This document shows positions 58,401 to 64,000 of a stretch of DNA of 64,000 nt, one piece after another (position 1 is the first letter of the stretch; every line of letters starts with the position of its first letter). The stretch is from Rikenellaceae bacterium (GTDB lineage: Bacteria > Bacteroidota > Bacteroidia > Bacteroidales > Rikenellaceae). The notes beneath the pieces were generated by a model. That model ran no database searches. It saw only the letters and a list, made by a program, of their open reading frames with translations, and was not told the DNA's origin. Position numbers and translations under genes: made by a program. The stretch is from contig SUZS01000006.1 in the NCBI GenBank assembly GCA_015059785.1, forward strand, positions 1,947-65,946, read 5' to 3'.

Positions 58401-59005
58401 ACGCCAGCCTCATCAGTGTTGGTCTTTGCCTCTGCGTTCCAAACACCATTAAGAGCTGCACCACTAAGAGCGGTAACAGAGATGTTCTTAATAGCTACAG
58501 GAGCCTCGGCAGTAGCAGAGTCGAGAGTAAGCGGCAGAGTGATAACACCAACAACTGGAGTTAGATCAACATCAGCAACCAGATTCTTCTCATCCTCCTC
58601 GCTTACAGGAACAGCCTGTGGAGCGATGCCTGCCATAGCGTAAGCTGCACGGTCAAAACTGTCAGCTATGAACTGCTGTGAAGCAGGAAGAGTCACCTCG
58701 TTAAGACCAGTAAGAATCTCAAACGGAGCGACAACAACAATTGGAGCCTCTACATCTGTAGCAGAGAATGCGTAAGAGGCCTTACCAGCTCCCTCCTCGC
58801 TAACGGCGTTAGACTCTAATCCGTTGATAGCAACTTTGTCACCAGCGACCCAAACAAGGTCAGAAGGGAGAGTTGCGTTTACTGTAACGACTGTTTTGCC
58901 ACTGGTTCCAGGACCTACAGGAGTCTCGTCCACTGGGTCATTAGTGTTACAGCCTACAGCTAATGCACTGAGCATCAAACTGATAAGTAAGTAGACTTTT
59001 TTCAT
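55436..59005 (-). CDS. Very large surface lipoprotein: two fimbrillin-like modules plus a C-x-N-x-G beta-helix (GLUG-like) region
   Basis: Start moved to 59005 (MKKVYLLISLMLSALAVG-C lipobox; minus-strand TAACTTTG at 59045-59052); repeated WVAGDKV/WVEGDAV modules; many C.N.G.(V/I) and GG(I/L).G repeats. Confidence 0.7.
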   Translation of the reverse strand: MKKVYLLISLMLSALAVGCNTNDPVDETPVGPGTSGKTVVTVNATLPSDLVWVAGDKVAINGLESNAVSEEGAGKASYAFSATDVEAPIVVVAPFEILTGLNEVTLPASQQFIADSFDRAAYAMAGIAPQAVPVSEEDEKNLVADVDLTPVVGVITLPLTLDSATAEAPVAIKNISVTALSGAALNGVWNAEAKTNTDEAGVVTYDVELTGVTNTATTVLNCDEGVEINSSAPTYFSLVVPAGVYTGGFEVVITDTQDHNFVLTLAEDIAVERGVNLELTPSLFTVIEKAPATLTVKIGEAGINWVEGDAVVCNNSLSTNTVDAAAAGTQTAQFNFEAVAYPYSVFYPAEYYTTSGSLRFHDSQPIVKNEINHGLMAMAGYSATNEVTLNNLCGIVSIPITNLYEGETIVLDKVEVRTSEGDPIAGKYHINYRTNALTSVAGKSAIVLNPNEGEFTIAPEETATVNFIVPKGSIRNGLYVNIYSSVGLLENHRLFPTGLTVRGGETAAADVYEYKEVKIEKIVTAEELIDFAKCVNMGRYKKFVNEEGKVVLGGDIDMASVSVEAWPMIAGPANEAGLPVGFDGIFDGCGFSIKNWATSQPLFHTVAATGKVMNVNIDASCALNMPQEGLAGLTGGAAIAFLVAHNLGEVSGCTNNADVLCNAPENPSVTRAALVGYSAIGANLRDCSNYGNVTIEIGTHGAGTGYIGTVSGRFASSAETLGCGVYNCKNYGALTINVSTSNTSNFYIGAVTGSSNSYTVTEGCENYGNATFNTNNSGAAVCFGGITSYSAGEIKNCINEGNITFKSTAQLKGTIVAGIAPYQNGPISGCTNKGEIYMEGGIFGGRNTVGSISTSASTSSAAPTAAGVVGYGYSSSGSPFSMDNCHNYGKVTYNWFETDGSGTSGRTQVAGVIGSPCGDVTNCNNYGDVTFIAKYKTAIVNHLSYIGGIAGSDYYAMSQSESSIINCVNEGNITIDCDCGTSNNAAGGIIGWPGKESACTNVTENCVNKGNIVVSGEGKFRLGGIQGGSGIIKGCTNEGSITINSSNSGSNYGGLAGFHSGGYELIDSTNTGDIVCNVPISGGGVAGMAGNLGNSAHDEGKMKNNTIKCLVKSVEGTCGVGIVVGHFNGNTKTIYFGTADEPIKVGGSLQIGDVTTVVDATNCNDPAVLANGCSNYLETAHIFNCVLAE

Positions 59006-59156
59006 TACGATATGTTTTAGGTTAAAAAATATTATTTCCGATTTCAAAGTTAAAAATAAATTTTTAATTACACACATTTTTTGCATTATTTTTCTCAAAA
59101 AAACGATTTTTTGAAGAGTGAATTACTAAAAATATTAAATAATTAAGAAAATATAC

Positions 59157-59186
59157 AAAAAAAAGAGCCCTCGTTTGAAGGGCTCT
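59157..59186 (-). terminator. Terminator after the AraC-family gene
   Basis: AGAGCCCT/AGGGCTCT stem followed on the minus strand by T8. Confidence 0.7.
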
Positions 59187-59209
59187 GTGCAACATAATCT
59201 GGAGATACA

Positions 59210-60130
59210 CTATATCTCTCGGCGATATTCTCCAGGAGTTTTACCGCAGATTCGCTTGAAATATTGACCCATAAAAGATGGGTTCGGGAAGTTAAGCTCG
59301 TATGAAATCTGCTGGATTGACAAATCTGAATATTTAAGCAAATTTTTAATCTCAAGAACCACAAATTCGTCTATCCATTGATGCACACTCTTTCCTGAAT
59401 GATTACGCACAACGCGTGATAGATGTTTTGGTGTCAAATTCATTTTATTAGCATAAAATTCGACACTGCGCTCGGTCTTATAGTGTTCGTGGAGAAGGCT
59501 GATAAGTTGTCTAAAGTAGTCTCCACTACGATCCTTCGGTGTAATATCGACCTGGATAGACTGAGACTGGGCAATAAACTCGCATAGGCGATATATCATA
59601 CTTGCATACATATGTCGTATAGACATCTCTCTAAATTGGCTACTTGTAGCATCCTCCGAATACCTCTGTGAGAATTCTCTGTTTAGCACATCAAAAGAGC
59701 GATGAAGAGCCTGCACAATCTCCGGTTTATCTATACGGTGAACTATCGACTGTGTGTGTAGAGATGAGATTATCGGCATTATCATTTTAAGATTAATATT
59801 CATCTCCGATGCGAAATCGCTGTTAAAAGCGGCAATAAAGAGTTCACACTCATTACAACTCCTAAAAGTAACAACAGATGTTGGAGCTACCAGAATTGTA
59901 TTCTCTGTAAGTGTAAAATCTTTCATATGTGCTGTAAGAGTTACACTACCTTTAGTACACACCATTGCAAAGAATCCATTCATCTTTGCAGGGTGCTTCA
60001 TCTCCTTGCTAATGTGCTCGTCAAGCGAGTGGATGTGAATTAACGCTGCATTTTTGCAGGCTACATAATCGATACCATCTCGCTCATCGAGGTGGTTGAT
60101 TTTGTACGGAAAAAGCTCATTATTTATCAT
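59210..60130 (-). CDS. AraC family transcriptional regulator
   Basis: C-terminal V.FYA....TPKHLS...SIQQIS..LNF...SF...FKR..G.TP..YR double HTH; start placed at 60130. Confidence 0.92.
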   Translation of the reverse strand: MINNELFPYKINHLDERDGIDYVACKNAALIHIHSLDEHISKEMKHPAKMNGFFAMVCTKGSVTLTAHMKDFTLTENTILVAPTSVVTFRSCNECELFIAAFNSDFASEMNINLKMIMPIISSLHTQSIVHRIDKPEIVQALHRSFDVLNREFSQRYSEDATSSQFREMSIRHMYASMIYRLCEFIAQSQSIQVDITPKDRSGDYFRQLISLLHEHYKTERSVEFYANKMNLTPKHLSRVVRNHSGKSVHQWIDEFVVLEIKNLLKYSDLSIQQISYELNFPNPSFMGQYFKRICGKTPGEYRREI

Positions 60131-60320
60131 ATTCAACAAATGTTTGCACAAAATTCTGTAATATTTCGGACATTCCAAAACTTTTACTACAAAATGCATG
60201 TTTTAGAACATTTATACACTTAGTCTCTACACTTACCTAAATATTGGTGTTGCACTTTTTGAAAATTATAACTAAATTTGCACGCTAAATATTGTATAAT
60301 AACATAAAAAAAGATAGTTT

Positions 60321-62258
60321 ATGCGTAAATTTTTAGTTTTAATCCTTGCTCTGGTCTCTTTTACGGCAGTAGCTCAAGAGAATCTTGTTGAGTGGAAGAG
60401 CGAGCTTAAGGATAATGGCAATGGTAACTATACCCTTGTAATCAAGGCGGATATAGCCGACGGTTGGCATATCTATGATGGTACCCATCAGTTTACTCCG
60501 ACAACAATCCAGTTTATATTGTCTGACGGAGTGTCGCTTGAGGGCGACCTTCGCGCTCTGTCTACTGCAAAGCCTGTTCAGGATGAGTACTTCGGCTCAT
60601 ATGGCGAGTACGAGGGTGAGGCTGTTTTTGAGCAGGATGTAAAACTCAATGGTGAGGGTGCGACAGTTACTGCAGAGATAAATTTTATGGCTTGCACCGA
60701 GGGTAATTGTACCCCTCCACAGGATGCAAAACTCTCGTTTGAGATTGGTAAGGCAGCGGCTGCGGCGCCAGTTGCTGAGGTTAAGGCTGTAAAGGATGCT
60801 GCGGGCAATAGAACAATGTGGGCAATGATTTTGGAGGCAATTATCTGGGGTCTTGCAGCTCTTGTGACTCCGTGTGTGTTCCCAATGATTCCGATGACCG
60901 TATCGTTCTTCATGAAGGGTAGCGGCTCGCCTACAAAGGGCAGAATTAATGCGGCTCTGTATGGATTTTTCATCGTGTTGCTCTATACACTGCCTATCGC
61001 GGCCATTATTATCATCACTCGCCTTGTAGGTGGCGGTGCGGTTACGGCAGATATCTTCCAGTGGCTTGCAACACACTGGATTCCAAACATCCTCTTCTTC
61101 CTCGTCTTTATGGTCTTTGCGGCATCTTTCTTCGGTGCCTTTGATATCACTCTGCCATCTTGGCTTGTAAACAAGAGTGACGAGAATAGCGAGAAGGGTG
61201 GTATTGCGGGTATCTTCTTTATGGCGCTCACACTTGTGCTTGTGTCGTTCTCTTGTACAGGCCCAATTATCGGTTCGGTGCTTATCAAGTCTACCGCTGG
61301 CGAGTTCTGGAACCCTATTGTTACAATGCTTGCATTCTCAATAACCTTTGCACTGCCATTTACCTTCTTTGCTTTCTTCCCATCAGTGCTCAAGAAGCTG
61401 CCAAAGAGCGGTGGATGGCTCAACTCTGTAAAGGTTGTTTTAGGATTTGTAGAGGTGGCTTTAGGCTTCAAGTTCTTGAGCGTTGCCGATCAGGTTTACC
61501 ACTGGGGTATTCTTGACCGTGAGGTATATTTAGCAATCTGGATTGTGGTCTTCACACTGCTTGGCTTCTATCTGCTTGGCAAGATACGCTTTGCGCACGA
61601 TAGCGAGATGAAACACCTCTCGGTTACCCGTCTGGCTTTGGCTATCGGCGTATTCTCGTTCGTTGTCTACCTTATCCCAGGTATGTGGGGTGCTCCGCTG
61701 GAGAAGCTCTCTGGCTACCTGCCTCCGCAGTCAACACTTGACTTTGATCTTACTCGCAATAGAGGCACTGTAGCACAGCAGAGTTCTGCAAATCAGGATG
61801 TTAAGTACGGCGATGTGCTACACTTGCCACACGGTTTGCAGGGATTTTTTGACCTTGAGCAGGCAGAGCAGTATGCAGCAAAGGTTGATAAACCAGTATT
61901 TATTGACTTTACTGGTCACGGATGTGTAAACTGCCGAGAGATGGAGGCGCGCGTGTGGAGTGACCCTGCAGTACTTGAACTACTTAGTAATGAGTATGTT
62001 ATCTGCGCACTCTATACTGACGATAAGATGACTCTTCCAGAGAGTGAGTGGATAACAACTGAGAATGGCACAGTGCTTAAGAGCCTTGGTAAGGTTAATG
62101 CACACTACGCTCTGACACGCTTTGGTGTAAATGCGCAGCCATACTATGTTATCCAGGGAAAGAACGAGCAGGTGCTTGTAGAGCCTCGTGGATATAACCT
62201 TGATGTGGCTGAGTTTGTTAAGTTCCTCAAAAGCGGTGTTGAGGCATATCACAAATAG
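60321..62258 (+). CDS. dsbD: Thiol:disulfide interchange protein, DsbD family
   Basis: N-terminal DsbD Ig domain (GWHIY, C.EGNC), TM domain TPCVFPMIP and SCTGP, thioredoxin CVNC; TAAATTTG promoter at 60273-60280. Confidence 0.9.
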   Translation: MRKFLVLILALVSFTAVAQENLVEWKSELKDNGNGNYTLVIKADIADGWHIYDGTHQFTPTTIQFILSDGVSLEGDLRALSTAKPVQDEYFGSYGEYEGEAVFEQDVKLNGEGATVTAEINFMACTEGNCTPPQDAKLSFEIGKAAAAAPVAEVKAVKDAAGNRTMWAMILEAIIWGLAALVTPCVFPMIPMTVSFFMKGSGSPTKGRINAALYGFFIVLLYTLPIAAIIIITRLVGGGAVTADIFQWLATHWIPNILFFLVFMVFAASFFGAFDITLPSWLVNKSDENSEKGGIAGIFFMALTLVLVSFSCTGPIIGSVLIKSTAGEFWNPIVTMLAFSITFALPFTFFAFFPSVLKKLPKSGGWLNSVKVVLGFVEVALGFKFLSVADQVYHWGILDREVYLAIWIVVFTLLGFYLLGKIRFAHDSEMKHLSVTRLALAIGVFSFVVYLIPGMWGAPLEKLSGYLPPQSTLDFDLTRNRGTVAQQSSANQDVKYGDVLHLPHGLQGFFDLEQAEQYAAKVDKPVFIDFTGHGCVNCREMEARVWSDPAVLELLSNEYVICALYTDDKMTLPESEWITTENGTVLKSLGKVNAHYALTRFGVNAQPYYVIQGKNEQVLVEPRGYNLDVAEFVKFLKSGVEAYHK

Positions 62259-62291
62259 AACATTTGGTAACAAATTTAGAGAGGGAGTCAC

Positions 62292-62618
62292 TCAGAGCGA
62301 GTCTCCCTCTTTTTCGTTGTCAGCTGTAGCTCCAAAAAGAGCTGATGCCCAGTCTATCCAGCCACGAACAATACGCGAGACGGAGTATACTACCCGAAGT
62401 TCCTCGCCAATTTGACGGAAGTAGCTCTTCAGGGTCACTTGGTATACTATCGTCGCTATAGTTGCCATAAAGGCTCCGACTATTAGACACGGTATCTTCA
62501 GCGAACCAAATATCTCAGCAAGCCACGCAACAAAAGCAGAGACAAATAGTAACGCCGCAATTATGGCAGAGACAACCATTATAGCAAGCGGCAGAAAGAA
62601 GGGCCTATCAGCTCTCAT
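62292..62618 (-). CDS. Small two-TM membrane protein (holin-like superfamily neighbour of YtxH)
   Basis: Two hydrophobic helices; 9 nt downstream of the YtxH gene. Confidence 0.55.
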   Translation of the reverse strand: MRADRPFFLPLAIMVVSAIIAALLFVSAFVAWLAEIFGSLKIPCLIVGAFMATIATIVYQVTLKSYFRQIGEELRVVYSVSRIVRGWIDWASALFGATADNEKEGDSL

Positions 62619-62627
62619 ACAATAAGA

Positions 62628-62828
62628 CTACTTTACGGGTTCTGCGAGCTCAGTGTGAGCGCACTCATCTCCACATTTGCAGCGAATTTTGTCTAATTCA
62701 TCGCCAATAAAATCACGAATCTGGTCGCGCATCTGACGACCCGTCTTTGGGGTTACAAGCATCGCAATCGCCGCCCCCATCAGTGCCCCACCCAGCAGGG
62801 TCACAATACAAAGTCCAGTCTGTTTCAT
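62628..62828 (-). CDS. YtxH domain protein
   Basis: GALMGAAIAMLVTPKTGRQMR..I motif. Confidence 0.85.
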   Translation of the reverse strand: MKQTGLCIVTLLGGALMGAAIAMLVTPKTGRQMRDQIRDFIGDELDKIRCKCGDECAHTELAEPVK

Positions 62829-63026
62829 AATAATTTTGTATTAAAAGTTCACACTACTTGTTGCAAACTACAGACCAAAACAGATGTTTTTCAAAAGAGT
62901 TTTTTGTGAACATATTTTGCATTAATATCCATTTTAACTCAATATTGAAGCATGCGACATAAAACAAAAAGCCCCCTTATTTCAAGACAAACCGAAACAA
63001 GAGGCCTATAACTATCTTACAAAGCT

Positions 63027-63989
63027 CTACTTAACTCTCAGCACACGACCAATTTGCAGGGTTGTGGTGGGTTTGATGCCGTTAAGGCGGCAGATAGCGC
63101 CAACGGTGGTATGGTTGCGCTTAGCGATAAGGCCGAGGTAGTCACCCTTACGCACCTTATAGTATCGCTTCTCGGCAGAGAGAGCCTTCTCCTTCTTCTC
63201 AGCATCCTCACGCTCCGCTTCGGCATTAAAATCCTGCTCATACTTTGAGTAGATGCTATAATACCCCTTCTTGAGCAGAATATGGTCGCGGCGAAGCTCG
63301 CCAGTGCGGAAGTTGATAATTCGCTCTGGGTCAAATGATTGACCAAAATATCTAACCTCAAAGTGCATATGAGGACCTGTGCTTCGGCCAGAGTTTCCAC
63401 CAAGGGCAATCGGCTGGCCTGCCACTACCCTATCATTCTCCTCTACAAGGCGAGCAGAGAGGTGTCCGTGGTAAGTCTCAAGGCCATTGTCGTGGCGGAT
63501 AATCACAAGTGTACCATAGCCCGTATTAGTCGCCTTTGAAAAGCGTACGCGGCCATCAAAAGCGGCACAGATAGTATCGCCCACCTTCAGAGCAATATCA
63601 ATACCATTATGCGGACGGCGGTGGCGCATACCATAGCGCGAAGTGATGCGACCAACATATGGGTATCGGTAGTGCTTGAGACTATCTACAAGGTTGATAG
63701 CCACAGCTTTAGGGATAGAGTCAATAGAGACGCTGCGATAAGCAGAGATATTCTCTGTATCCCAATAGCGACCGTAGACAGTTGAGTCCTGTTCAATAGT
63801 TCTATTTTGGACATATCGCCATGTACCGTCATTAAAAAGCAGCACTGAGAGTGCTGGGGAGTCAGTTGCCAGTGTATCTACAACTATTGGCGAGATAACG
63901 GGTTTAACTGCCTGCACAGCAAGCGAGTCAAGGGCATAAAGGTCTGTTGTAGCAAGCAGTGCCACAACAGCAAAAAGAAGTCTCTTCAT
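63027..63989 (-). CDS. M23 family peptidase with C-terminal LysM
   Basis: HNGID, YGHLS, GRSTGPHMHFE; C-terminal YKVRKGD.L..IA LysM. Confidence 0.92.
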   Translation of the reverse strand: MKRLLFAVVALLATTDLYALDSLAVQAVKPVISPIVVDTLATDSPALSVLLFNDGTWRYVQNRTIEQDSTVYGRYWDTENISAYRSVSIDSIPKAVAINLVDSLKHYRYPYVGRITSRYGMRHRRPHNGIDIALKVGDTICAAFDGRVRFSKATNTGYGTLVIIRHDNGLETYHGHLSARLVEENDRVVAGQPIALGGNSGRSTGPHMHFEVRYFGQSFDPERIINFRTGELRRDHILLKKGYYSIYSKYEQDFNAEAEREDAEKKEKALSAEKRYYKVRKGDYLGLIAKRNHTTVGAICRLNGIKPTTTLQIGRVLRVK

Positions 63990-64000
63990 ATACTATTTAC

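Noticed and set aside
1747-60199. Longer N-termini given by the ORF track (1747, 8199, 10022, 11384, 13759, 26029, 54757, 59098, 60199)
   Set aside because: Downstream ATGs fit signal peptides, gene overlaps or promoter positions better.
130-63539. Numerous 60-190 aa ORFs antisense or out of frame within long genes (e.g. 2606-3190, 26440-27015, 48247-48738)
   Set aside because: Shadow ORFs expected from the strong codon bias; no motifs, and fully overlapped by well-supported genes.
62292-63989. Holin-like protein plus M23 peptidase as a prophage lysis cassette
   Set aside because: YtxH with a small membrane protein, and M23-LysM with a signal peptide, are ordinary chromosomal genes; no phage structural or integrase genes are present.
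1-64000. Alternative genetic code or programmed frameshifts
   Set aside because: Conserved genes are full length under code 11 and end at TAA, TAG or TGA at the expected positions; no split genes were seen.

Overview
64 kb of chromosomal DNA from a Bacteroidales bacterium, probably Rikenellaceae/Alistipes-like. This is inferred from TAnnTTTG promoters, AT-rich leaders without Shine-Dalgarno sites, DUF4301, a V-ATPase operon lacking F/G subunits and mqnC. Most of the window is housekeeping: serS, rsmE, rnr, tig-clpP-clpX, tkt, V-type ATPase, murB-tilS-holA-mnmA, ppdK, rplM-rpsI-rpsB-tsf, dsbD, tRNA-Arg(ACG) and tRNA-Met(CAT). No intact transposase, integrase, prophage or CRISPR is visible. The most notable features are: (1) an operon running off the left edge with at least four tandem S1/P1-family tri-zinc phosphoesterases, the three complete ones secreted and with apparently remodelled substrate pockets, ending in a secreted PHP phosphoesterase; (2) three intergenic regions (about 39.3-39.55, 53.8-54.0 and 54.85-55.35 kb) packed with palindromic or multibranch elements, including a duplicated tRNA-Met 3' end; (3) a umuDC pair directly behind the serS terminator with no visible promoter; (4) a K+-channel-like protein with a TVGAA filter; (5) a degenerate class IV aminotransferase inside the tilS-mnmA operon; (6) two very large fimbrillin/beta-helix surface lipoproteins. 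All family assignments come from reading motifs by eye; no database searches were run.
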